Below are positions 38,400-49,225 of a stretch of DNA of 64,000 bases, piece by piece. The notes under the pieces were generated by a model, which did not search any database, was not told the DNA's origin, and worked only from the letters and a program-made list of their open reading frames with translations. The position numbers were made by a program, and so were the translations under genes. The stretch comes from Takakia lepidozioides (Eukaryota; Plantae; Bryophyta): assembly GCA_030704615.1 (NCBI GenBank), contig CM060731.1:28644001-28708000 (forward strand), in the 5' to 3' direction. Position 1 is the stretch's first letter; the number at the start of each line of letters is the position of its first letter.

Positions 38400-39460
38400 C
38401 CACCCTGGTCATATATGCTGGGCCTAGCGACAAGTGTTCCATACTCCGTTCGTAACACTGGTGCAGCCCGTGACTGCTCTTGCGGTTCAACATGCAAATC
38501 ATGCTGCAGGGTTTGTCATGGATACCACTGTACCCCTTCAACTTATTTGCATTGACTCTTCCCAGCATTTCTTTGTTAATGGTTTGTAACATGGCGGTGT
38601 TGTTATCATACATCTTTTGTATGACATAAGGTCCTTTCCACGGTGATTTAAGCTTAGAAGCTTGAATCTTTCCTTTCTTCTGCAACCGTAGAACCAAATC
38701 CCCCGTCTTAAAAGTCTTTAACTTGCCTTCATCAAACTGTTCCTTTCGCTTCATCTGAATTATGGTCATATTATCAGCTGCATCAGCACGTACTTCTTCC
38801 ACATGGTATAATTCATGTTTCCTGACCTTGATGGAGTCTTGCAATTCCATTCTTTTTCCCCACTCCGTTCTCATGGTAGGTAACAGGAATTCCACTGGAA
38901 GTAAGGCTTCCATACCATAAACTAATTGGAATGGTGTATACTTAGTGGTGACTTTATATGAAGTCTTGTATGACCACAAAGCTGTCAGCAGCTTCGTATC
39001 CCAATCCGTTCTGTTTACATTGACTATCTTAGCCAAGATAGTACATAGTATTTTGTTAGTAGCCTCTGCCTGCTCATTACCCTGTGGGTAATATGTTGTA
39101 CTCTTTCTATGCACAATCATAAACTCTTTAGTCAACAACTCAATGGTCTCATTCATGAAGTGACTTCCTTGATCACTGATAAATTCTAAGGGACAGCCAA
39201 ATCGTGTAAGTATGTTCTCGTACAGGAACCTTGCTGTGGACTTGGCTGTGTTGTCCCTCAAAGCTTTAGCTTCCACCCACTTTGTAGTATAATCAGTGGC
39301 TGTAATTATGTACCTGTTTCGTGTATTCTTGGATGGTGGGTTAATTGGTCCAACAAAGTCTAGTCCCCATTTCTGAAATGGTTCCGTAGGCATTGTAGGA
39401 TGCAAGGCCATCCTTCCAGATCTCTGCAAAGGTCCTAGCCTCTGACATTCATCACACTTC
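38400..39460 (-). CDS. pol: Integrase core with GPY/F motif
   Basis: CDECQR, WGLDFVGP, FISDQGSHF, EQAEATNK, WKGPY. Confidence 0.9.
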
Positions 39461-41050
39461 TTTTTTCCTTTCTTCCTCACTCCTTTCTTTTTCTCCATCC
39501 GAATCAGAGGAATCTGCCACAGGAATATCAGTACTCTTTTGCATTTCCCTTATAGTATCTGCCACTTCCTTGTGCAGTTCCTTCTCATCTTTCCAAGTCT
39601 CTTCATCTTCAGGCATATCATTGCCACTTCCAGTCTCATCTTCTTCCTCTTCTACTGGAGGTATTAGTTTGGCTTTACTTCTTGTTACTATCATTGTACT
39701 TACTTCTGGTACAACACATGGCCTAACCATGTGAGCTGCCACCACTGGGCCCTCATTCACATGAGCTCTCATCTTATTCTGGTGTCTTATCCAGAATGAA
39801 CAGGCTGCCTTGCGATGACCTGGCTGATTACAATAGTAACATAGCTCTTCACCATTGGGTCCTCGCCCTTGGTCTGTTCTTGGATTATTTCTATAATCCT
39901 GATTCCCGGGCTGGTAATTCCCCCTTGGATTACCCTGATAGTTGCCTCTGGAATTTCCTTGGTAATTCCCTCTTGAATTACCTCTCCCTTCCATGCCATT
40001 GTTATAACCACCAGACCTACCATAGTGGTCGTGATCATTGTTTCTTCTTGGCTGGGGCTGCACCTGATGCACCCTTACTTGCCTAGGTTCTCTTGCAGCT
40101 GTCCTTCTGTTGTAGTAACAATTCTCAGTAGAATGGTTATCCATTTTACAGATAGTACAGTGTTTCTCCTTCATGTGGCATTCTGTGGTGGTATGGCCTT
40201 CATTCTGGCACTTTGCACACCATACACCCTTCAAGATTGCAGCCTCTGTGGCATACTTCTTCAAGATTTCTTCCAATTTTTTTTCATAGTTATCCCTCTT
40301 CAACTTCTCCTTTCTCTTACTCTTTCTTTTTAGTTCTTGCTCTTCTTCTTCATCTGACTCATCCTCAGAGTCCTCATCTTTTTTTTTCTCTCTCCTGAGC
40401 ATTCCCAATTGCTCAATTCTGTTCGCAGTTTCAAATGCCTCCTCCACTGTATTATGGGGTAACATATCCACTTTCTTTTGCAACTCTGGTCTTAGTCCAC
40501 TCACAAACCAAGTCTTCTGTAACCCGGGCGCTGGTACTGCAGCCAGCTTTTTCATCATCAATTCCATCTTCTCCATATACTCTTCAACAGTTTCATGCTT
40601 CTTCTGCTTCAGCTGTTGTAAACTTCCATACACTTCATCCTCAAAAGCTGTTCTTGGTGTGAGTTTGATCCACAAAATATCCTTTGGAATCCAATTCTTT
40701 ACCAGTACAAGCTCTTCATGCATATGAGTATAAACATTCACCTTTCTTTCTTCCCAGCCTTCAAACTCTACTCGTTTAATGGATAGCAATGCTATCACAT
40801 AAACCAATGTTGGTAACCAACGTGCTCTTCCTCTACAGGCTACCTGATAAATCTTTATCACTCCTTTCTCCAGACCCCATTCTGGATCAGCATCATGCAC
40901 TCGTTTAAGAATATTTTCTTTACAACCGTCTGGCAATTCCAAGAACCTTTGAAAGAATTGTTTGGACAATCTTTCTTCCTTCGTTCCACAGGGAATTTGA
41001 TTCACTTCAAATTCTTTAATGGTCCAACCACCATGATCCCACCAGATGCC
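39452..41050 (-). CDS. gag: Gag with three CCHC zinc knuckles
   Basis: LKQKKHETVEEY...FVSGL; CAKCQNEGHTTTEC, CTICKMDNHSTENC, CYYCNQPGHRKAAC. Confidence 0.85.
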   Translation of the reverse strand, partial: GIWWDHGGWTIKEFEVNQIPCGTKEERLSKQFFQRFLELPDGCKENILKRVHDADPEWGLEKGVIKIYQVACRGRARWLPTLVYVIALLSIKRVEFEGWEERKVNVYTHMHEELVLVKNWIPKDILWIKLTPRTAFEDEVYGSLQQLKQKKHETVEEYMEKMELMMKKLAAVPAPGLQKTWFVSGLRPELQKKVDMLPHNTVEEAFETANRIEQLGMLRREKKKDEDSEDESDEEEEQELKRKSKRKEKLKRDNYEKKLEEILKKYATEAAILKGVWCAKCQNEGHTTTECHMKEKHCTICKMDNHSTENCYYNRRTAAREPRQVRVHQVQPQPRRNNDHDHYGRSGGYNNGMEGRGNSRGNYQGNSRGNYQGNPRGNYQPGNQDYRNNPRTDQGRGPNGEELCYYCNQPGHRKAACSFWIRHQNKMRAHVNEGPVVAAHMVRPCVVPEVSTMIVTRSKAKLIPPVEEEEDETGSGNDMPEDEETWKDEKELHKEVADTIREMQKSTDIPVADSSDSDGEKERSEEERKKEV

Positions 41051-41078
41051 TGTCACATCTGGTTGTTCATGTCCCAGG

Positions 41079-41096
41079 TCCCCAGTATGGTCGCCA
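41079..41096 (-). promoter_or_regulatory. tRNA primer-binding site (Arg-like)
   Basis: TGGCGACCATACTGGGGA, 2 nt after the 5' LTR. Confidence 0.8.
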
Positions 41097-41098
41097 AA

Positions 41099-42128
41099 TG
41101 TCGCGCGGCTTTTACTCACCCATCCCTTCGCTATTCGAGGCAGAAACTCCAAGATTGAAGAGTTGGAAATCTCTAAGTACTCAGCCCGCGCAGAACAATC
41201 AGTCATGACCTACAGCTAGTGTATCATGGGGGTGTTTCCTATTTGTTTCCCTTTTGGTATTCATGTTAACTATCTTACCATTGATAATTAAGTATCAGTT
41301 TGCTTTATCAATCTATTGGATTCCATCAACTCATCCATTCATTCCACAGCTTCACTCAGATCTCTCTACACAGTGTGATTGTATCGTAAAAGTATCCGAT
41401 TATGATTTATCAGGTGTCAGGCCGAAGCCATTGTGTCTCTAATCTCCTCTACAATATCATTACAGCCTTGCATATATCAAGCATCTACTCATCATCTTTC
41501 TATCTTCACTTCCGTTCTTCATCTCTGCCCGATCCCCTCTCCTCTATCACCAAGAAGTCCTCCTCCGAATCCTGTCCCTCAATTCCCCGTTTCCCCCTTT
41601 ATCTTCCTCTCTGCGGTTCTAACCGTTTCCCTCACTAACCGTGTCTGTGAACTAACATGTTCCCTTCGCAGGTGTTGTTCCCCACAGTCGTTCCCTGTCC
41701 TACTCTTCGTTCCCTATGATCGTGACAGCTGTGTCAAGCTGTGACTGGCTGTGTGAAACTGTGACGGGCTGTGACTGGCTGTGCGACTGTGTTTGGCTGT
41801 GTCGGGCTGTGACTGGCTGTGTGGCTGTGCCGGGCTGTGTCGGCTGTGTCGGCTGTGTCTGCTGTGACGACTGTGACGGGCTGTGTTGGCTGTGTCGGCT
41901 GTGACGACTGTGACGGGCTGTGTTGGCTGTGTCGGCTGTGACGACTGTGACGGGCTGTGTTGGCTGTGTCGGCTATGACGACTGTGACGACTGTGACGGG
42001 CTGTGTAACCCCCCTCTACAGTGCGCTGCTGTCACCCCTAAGGCTCCTGTTGGTCTCAGTCTGTGCAAAAATTAAGGGTACCCTATAGATCCCGTATAAG
42101 TGTCTAAGTCCCCGACAGTCCTCTAACA
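41099..42128 (-). repeat. 5' LTR (1030 bp, with expanded GCTGTG array)
   Basis: Matches 32994-33809 apart from ~200 extra bp of tandem repeat and a few SNPs/indels. Confidence 0.95.
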
Positions 42129-44552
42129 ATGTTGTGAGGGCTCTTTCCACGAGCCCCTTGGGTGGAAGGGCCTGTAATCTATGGAGAAAGATTGTAAGCC
42201 GGAAGACGGCCTCCGTTTGCAATGGTGCACATGCAAACTCTGCACCTAGGATATGAGATGGAGTTGTGCTTCTAACGCCAAGCATTGCTTGGAGAAAAGA
42301 TTACTGCAATGGTTCTAAAGAACATCACACTTGGAAAAAATATCAAGAAGCCCTTGGGAGTGGCTCCACAATGAGCCATTACAATTCTATAAGCCAATGT
42401 ATGGATGTGAGCGTGTGTTGGTCTCATGGTGCCCCAACCCCTATTTAGAGTTAGAGGGGTGACGCTTGTGCTCCCGGACAATTACCCTCTCATCTTGGTA
42501 CACGGCATAGTGCCCCTGAGCTCGAGCTTGCTTGACCTACAAGAGTTGCGCCCGCATGACGTTGTATTGCAAGGGGGTCAAATCATCGTTGAGGTACATA
42601 CCCTGACCTCTCAATTGAGGCCTCTGCCTGAGGACCCTATCCCGAACATCTTTGTCCTTAAATCAAATGAAGAGGACTTTGTGTTCTGAAGATCCTGCAC
42701 GCCAAGCCCATTCAATACCACTCACTCCCTGTGGTAGAGCAAGGTTTTGCTGAATAAGGTTTGTCGCGACCCTTTGCCTTGAGGGCGGGGGGTCGAGACA
42801 CAAGAGGGGCTGCCCCTGTGGTGGGGGCAGTGGCAGCAAATAGGAAAGGGGGCTGAAGCACCCTTGAGTGCCTTCGGCACTTAAGGAGGCGGTGGCGCTC
42901 ACTAGGTGGAGCCCCGCAAACCGGGTGGCGGTGGTGGGGGCTCCACGAGGGGTGGTAGTAGCATAGGGAGTCGTAGTGGGGGTGACATAGGACTCACCAT
43001 GAGGCTGAGGCCTTGTGGTGGGAGTCACAGGGAGTCTTCGGACTCACCTCGGTCCATTGGGGCCGTGGTGGGTGGGCCAAGACTCACCGCGACTCACCAT
43101 TGGGACGATCGAGGGTCTAAGTGGTGGTGTACCAGATTTGGACTGGGCTACTTGTGGAACCCCCGTAGACACCTACAGAAGTAAATATAGGGAGTAGTAA
43201 CCCCGAGAACGGTGCAAGCCCGTTGGTGACCAAAAACTAGCGAGTAAGCGTGCGAGCCGGAAAGCGACCGAGGTGTGGGGAGTTGTTCCGGACTGCCATC
43301 TACCAAAAGGAATCTCCACTGAGCCCGACAGGTCGAGGGTCGAGTGGGAGTGTGAGAGGGACCGGTATGCCCCGGTGAGCAGCCGAAGCTCCGAGTTGGC
43401 CCGGCGGCCGGTTTGGGAGTTAGGCACGCATCAAAGCGAGCAACTATGACTTGAAGGGGAGTTTACCGAAGTGAGGTGCGCGACAAGGTTGGTGGCCGCG
43501 TCAAGAGGGTCCCCCTTTGCAAGGCTCACTAGCTTCCCAATGACCCTGATGTTAAGGGCTTTAAAAACCCGTTCATGTTCCTCTCGCAAGGTAGCCGAGA
43601 CTGTCTCCTCTAGAGAGTGAGGACCGTTGTTGGATGTGCTACCGTTAACTATTTTAGCCCAGGAGGAGGCCTCTGCCTTGTGAGCTTGGAGCTCCCGAGC
43701 CATTGTAGACGTCAACAACATGAAGCTTGTCAAAGAGGAGTAAACAAGGACGCAAGAGGAGATTGATGCCATGAAAGGGGTATAACCCTACAAGGAGGTC
43801 GTGGATAATATATCATCACCCTCTATATCCCCTATTTTTTGAGCTTGTCGATGACTATTACAACAACGGCTTGCCCTCAAACCCGAGCGGAGCTGCATAT
43901 CATGAACCGGGCCTTTGTGCGGCCCATGTTGTTGATTAGTGTCCCACGGATCACTCTAGAAAGGTTACAGAAACTATGCCAGAGTATGGAGCTGCAAGCT
44001 AGTTTGGATGACATGGCCTTTTAGAGAGATTTTCGGCTAACATGTCAAACCTATGATTGTTCTTACAAGCTTATGGTTCTCCAGTATGCCGAAGCTCTCC
44101 CACATACTTTGGTTTGCCAAGACTGATGCTCCTTCTTGTCTTGTCCCTCACCACCTGGATCCTTGGACGTAGTACTCCAGTACTTACATATATCTTTCAT
44201 CTCAAACTCATGAGAAAGTGTCTCGAGTCCTTCACGTTGTTAATGACTTTCATGCATGTTTTCGCCAAAGATCAATACAAGGCTTACAAAAGTTGCAGAC
44301 CTCAGCTCTCGTCTGAAACTTGTAAACACTATGTGGCACCTTATGAAACCAAGACGCAAAAAGAAGCTATGTGCCATTCCACATCCTCTAAGCTTGTTGC
44401 AAGCTTGCCATAAATGGCTTTCTTCAGTTTACAAATGAGTCTTTTGTGTTCACAGCTTTCATAACCTTTAGGTTGTTCATTCTTAAGAGAGGCATTCACC
44501 TTTGGTCTTCTTGTGGCAACCTTGTTATAGATAAGCCACCCGGTTTAATTAC

Positions 44553-44728
44553 AAAAGGAAAGACCTGACCAAAAGCACTCTAAGACAACTCGAACACTCC
44601 CTGGCAGGTAGGAAACTACTACTGTCCTTGTTATAGGCAACCCAGTTGAGATACGAAAAGAAAGACCTGACCAAAAACACTCAAAGACAACTAGAACACT
44701 CCCTGGCAAGTAGGAAACTACTACTGTA
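44553..44728. repeat. Tandem duplication with ~103-bp period
   Basis: GAAAGACCTGACCAAAA...GGAAACTACTACTGT occurs twice. Confidence 0.8.
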
Positions 44729-47700
44729 ACTCTTGTACCTACCCAGGTGTATATGATTAGGAAACACTATTATTGTTGATGATAGTCCATTGACAAACCC
44801 CCTTGAAAACTGTCACAGCCCAGTAGCGGATCCAATGAAGACCAGGTTCCCACCTTTGAGATATGGACCTAACTCAGGACATTCTTTTGTTTTTGGCTTT
44901 CTATTTTCCTTTTGTGGGGAAAAAAACACACCATAACAGACAGTGTGTGTGCAGGATGGAGTTCCGAGAACTGCATCCAAGGGTGTTGTATTGTTTAGAT
45001 GGCGCGGATCTAAAGGCGTGTTTTTCATCAGACTTGATTCATTGGAGCTTCTGGGGCTTGGAAGGGATGAAGGTCCCTTTGATTATCTCCTTTTGAGTCC
45101 TTAAGTAGTTCTCAGATTTGCAAGTGTTTGTGTGCAAGAGCAGGAGAAATGTGTCAAAGACTACATTCGTGGGCCAAACAAGCAAAGTTACACAGACATA
45201 GGGGAAGATTACATGAGCTTTTACCGTTCTTAGTTCAGGTTTGTTAGGCTATGGTAGCTACCTTGCTTTGAGATTTGTTTTGCGTAGATCTCTCATCACT
45301 CTCTTAGCTTTTGGATATAAGAGAGGTCAGAGCTTTAGAGGGGATTTCTAAGCTATGAGGCATGAGTACACCTAATCAAACTAGTACCGAACCTCATATT
45401 GACCGAACATCTGCATTTGTTTGCATCCAGCTACGGAATACCAAAAAGGCCATGCTCCTACAAGACCCCTGACCCCTTGAAAGATTCTAATACCCTGGGG
45501 TTTTATTCCAAAAGATTTCGTGGCACGGGCAAGAGGGCATGGGCTATTGAAAAGAACGGGGTAGAAATACCCCGGGGTAGTAAAAGGCACGGGGTAACGA
45601 ATCTTAGACTTGGTGCCTGGGCTACCAAGTGTATTACACGTAACGTACACATAAATATATATGTCACATATACATACGCATAATCTGTTGTTGATAACTG
45701 CCCGGACAGGAACCCCAGTTTAGGGGTTCTCACATCCTCTCTCTCAAGGCGGGAGTCGTGCTATGGCGATCTGCAGGCAGAGGAGCTCGAGAAAGCAAAA
45801 GAGTTATGGCATTAGCCGCCTCTATTCTCAACATTGAGACGGGAGCAGCCAGGAAGAGGCATCACTTGTAATGACAACGTCCGAATGCTTTGGAAGCTTA
45901 AGCTACAGAGTGTAAATTGAGCCAAAGACCATGAGGTTTTCTTGTGAAAATGCAGGATCCAGCGACAGTTATAGGTCTCCACAATTTCGATGGTGATGCT
46001 TGCAGAGATCTACTCTCTTTCCTGCTGATACATATGCTACATATGCCAGTCAAAGAGCTACATCCTGCCCTTTTCACTCTGTGTGAGACAAGTAGTGCAT
46101 GAACAACAACTACTTGTGTTGAGCATTCAGTGACAAGATTATACTCACACCCTCGTTTCTATATTGGAAATACCTTGATTTTATGACTACACTTAGTAAA
46201 AGATTTTGTTTGAGGTTACACAGCTTTCCAGTATGAAGTTACAGTTAATTATGACGGAAGAAAGAGGTGCGCAAGAAAGGAGCGAACCTACAGCATACAG
46301 CTATCGAGCAGCAAAATATCTTCGGTGCCAATGTCGTGACATACGTTCCTAAGAGTGCTTAAATAGCTTCAAGTTATCTTGCTAGATTCTAGTGTCACTC
46401 AATGAGCGTGTCTCTCCAGGCTCTAGATAAGACCCTTTCACTACAATTCAAAATCCTCACGCAAGGTTCTGGCTTGATCTGAAATCATGAAGGTTCTTGG
46501 AGGGTATTGGAGCATCGACAATCATTTCGCAAGGCTTCTTTGGAGGAAAATCTACCGGTATGCACTAGGTGCCAACACGTGAAGCTATCTACGACGCAGC
46601 TCTTAGCACTGCTTGAATGTTCTTGCTGCTTGAATTTTCCAACACCCATGGTCCAGGATACCAGAAGCAAGTGGAACACCAGGACCCATTTCTTTTCTGC
46701 CCATTGTGTAATTTGATACTGGCTTTGAAGGTTTCACATTGAGATCTTTGGCTAGGATATGTCAAAGAGCAGCTTAGGAAGATGTAGGATGGTGTATGTG
46801 AGAAGTGTTTGAGGATTGTAAATAGAGTGTTATGAGCTGGGCTGCCTGACAGAGAGTTTGATGGAGTGGTTGTGGACTTATCACGTCAGCTTGTGACACA
46901 TAAGACCTTTGAGAAGCTGTTGGCTCTCGCAAAGGTCTAGCCAGGCAAGTATTTTGACCATCTTTGGATTGGATTCAAGGCAAGGTTGAACAGTGTGCTT
47001 TGGTAGATTAAAAGGACCTGGTACCTCTACTACTTTCTGAGCAATGGGTTGTCTAGAGGAAGTAAAGCTCGAGGAAAAAATTGACAAGACGTTGAGAACA
47101 TGTAACTAACATTCCTGAGCATCTCAAACATCTCAACAGGTTGATTATGTTGCACAGTGGCAGACCCATATCATTCCTCACCTTGGGTGAATTTGTAGCC
47201 TTTCCTTCCACTTGACATAAACTGAGATAAAAAACAGTTTACCCGATTATCGAGAATATCAAAAATAGGAAACAAAGCACTCATGACATTTACAGGTACA
47301 GGCTGATCAAAGAGTGCTCCACGAGGAAGCCTCCCATATTGCGCAGTTTTCTACATACTTCAGTTCATATCCTGGGAACCTGTATCCCAACGACGGCTTT
47401 CATCATTGGCACGATCGGCAGCGCTATCTAGTGGCCGTCTCTATTAATGGCTTATCAACTCGAAGCGACGAGCTCCACAGTAGAGACGAACCCATGAAGG
47501 GGTTTAGCAGTAGGAACTAATGATCATTGTGCCCAGCAAACTCTCGTGCCCCCAGCCAGCCAGCCCCTGAGCTCAACACCTACTCATTCTCAAGCCAAGC
47601 GGAAGTGCACTCGCTTCCATTGCTGGGCTACTCTCAGTAATTGACAGTTGCAGCCAACTCATCGGCAAACGATGTCTCCACCAAGGAACATGCAATTCAG

Positions 47701-48016
47701 CTCGAGAGGCCAGAGCTCAGCTCGTGGCAGGGGATTTCGAACAGGGCCCAATAGTCCTCACTTCTGGCCAAGGTCCCGCCCAACCTCCGGTACAGGATAC
47801 TTTCTTGCACACCAAACTCAATCCATCGGGGGGATTGGAGAGAGAAGGGGGTAGGTGATTACAGGAGTGACCACGAATCCTCATCCGCCTACAGTTGTAC
47901 ACACCATGCAGGGCCCACCACCACCGCCAATGCAAGCCCTTCAGCTTGCACTGGATCCTCAGCCGATGTTCACACCTGCAAGACAACAGATGGAGGTGAC
48001 TTAGAGTCAAAATCAG

Positions 48017-49222
48017 ATGGAAGGCAACATGGTGGGGGAAGACCTCATTACCACGCAGGAAGGCCTCAGTGGGGACCACCAGATTATACTGGTGTACATG
48101 CTAGACCTCAAAAGCAGGGTATCCTGCATGGAAGACAGCGGAATCCTCGTCCACTTCCTTGGTAAGAAAGTGGGTAGATCTTTTGTGAGGGACTGGGCAA
48201 TCAAGCACTTGGGAGGGGGGGGTGAGCTCTTGCATCATTTCTGCCACGCCAAAGGCAGAGGCTTCTTTTCCATGCAATTTGAGACTCAAGAGGCAGCGGC
48301 AAAAGCCCTCCGGATCAACCCACACCTGCTGGGGTTTAACATAAATATCTTTCCATGGTCAGCAAAGTGGGGACACAAATACGGGAAGTTGTGGTGTCCA
48401 AGAATAGTATCTCTTCCGTATATTCCAGACCAGTATCTTCTCAACATCCCTGACATTGCCAACCACTTTGGATCCATTCTGGGTTGCCTGGGAGTGTTTG
48501 ATCCACTCATGAACACTGACAACATTAGAAAGTACCCGGCATGGAAACATGCCACAATAGCATCAAGGCCAAATGATAATGGATTCGCAAAAATGGTGCT
48601 TATGATGCCGGAGGAAGACACAATCCCGGACTATGTAAGACTCCCCATCGATGAGGAAGGTAATTACTTTACAATCAGACTGCTGGAGGAGAAGACCTTG
48701 ACAGCGTGTTTCAACTGTGGAAAAACAGGCCATATCAAAGCTGACTGTCCCTCCGGGAAAAGGAAAAGATCCCTAGGATCAGGAGGCAAGTCAGGCCCAC
48801 TACCGCCACTCAACCAGCAATGGAGGAAAAAAAACGCCCTCCCCCAAGCTGGGCAAAAGGAGGCACACGAAAAGATAGCCCAGAACACAGACCTGCTGCA
48901 GATCAGTCCAACGCCAAGGGAACCAAGGACACATGGACAGCACTCAGATCCCATGTATCTTGAAGCCGGGAAGATGCTCCCACCAGCACTAAAAGGGAAA
49001 GGAAAATGCATTGAGCAGGGGAGGGAAAGACAACCCAAATCCCAGAAGGCTGGCCTGAAACTGGAATTGGATCCAAGGGGCATTTACAAAAGCATGCAGT
49101 CAGGCATAGCCAGCAACCACGAGGCCGCTCAAGAGTGGGAGGAATCTGAGGAGTTGGAGCCTGAGGAATCCTTGAGAGCTCCGACCGACCAACAGATGCC
49201 TCCCCTGCCGGCAGCCTTTTGA
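48017..49222 (+). CDS. L1-like LINE ORF1 (DUF4283/RRM-like plus zinc knuckle)
   Basis: KGRGFFSMQFETQEAAAKAL, IFPWS, IVSLPYIP...IANHFG, CFNCGKTGHIKADC. Confidence 0.8.
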   Translation: MEGNMVGEDLITTQEGLSGDHQIILVYMLDLKSRVSCMEDSGILVHFLGKKVGRSFVRDWAIKHLGGGGELLHHFCHAKGRGFFSMQFETQEAAAKALRINPHLLGFNINIFPWSAKWGHKYGKLWCPRIVSLPYIPDQYLLNIPDIANHFGSILGCLGVFDPLMNTDNIRKYPAWKHATIASRPNDNGFAKMVLMMPEEDTIPDYVRLPIDEEGNYFTIRLLEEKTLTACFNCGKTGHIKADCPSGKRKRSLGSGGKSGPLPPLNQQWRKKNALPQAGQKEAHEKIAQNTDLLQISPTPREPRTHGQHSDPMYLEAGKMLPPALKGKGKCIEQGRERQPKSQKAGLKLELDPRGIYKSMQSGIASNHEAAQEWEESEELEPEESLRAPTDQQMPPLPAAF

Positions 49223-49225
49223 GAT

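Larger units (their letters stand above)
32994..42128 (-). mobile_element. Non-autonomous Tat/Ogre-like Gypsy LTR retrotransposon (no PR/RT/RH)
   Basis: TG...CA LTRs at 32994-33809 and 41099-42128; 5-bp TSD ATGTT (32989-32993, 42129-42133); PBS and PPT present; gag is joined directly to integrase. Confidence 0.92.
32306..43800 (-). mobile_element. RTE/RTEX-like LINE, internally deleted and split by an LTR element (parts 32306-32993 and 42129-43800)
   Basis: LGVRSTTPSHILGAEF (RT C-term) continues across the insertion into SWYTQVDSLF...YYEIRGRFHCLF. ORF1-like YLNDDLT (~42580) and REEHERVFKALNIRVIG (43431-43772). Confidence 0.7.

Noticed and set aside
37772-38497. 241-aa ORF with TAYHSPSRR repeats
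   Set aside because: Alternative-frame translation of the tandem array.
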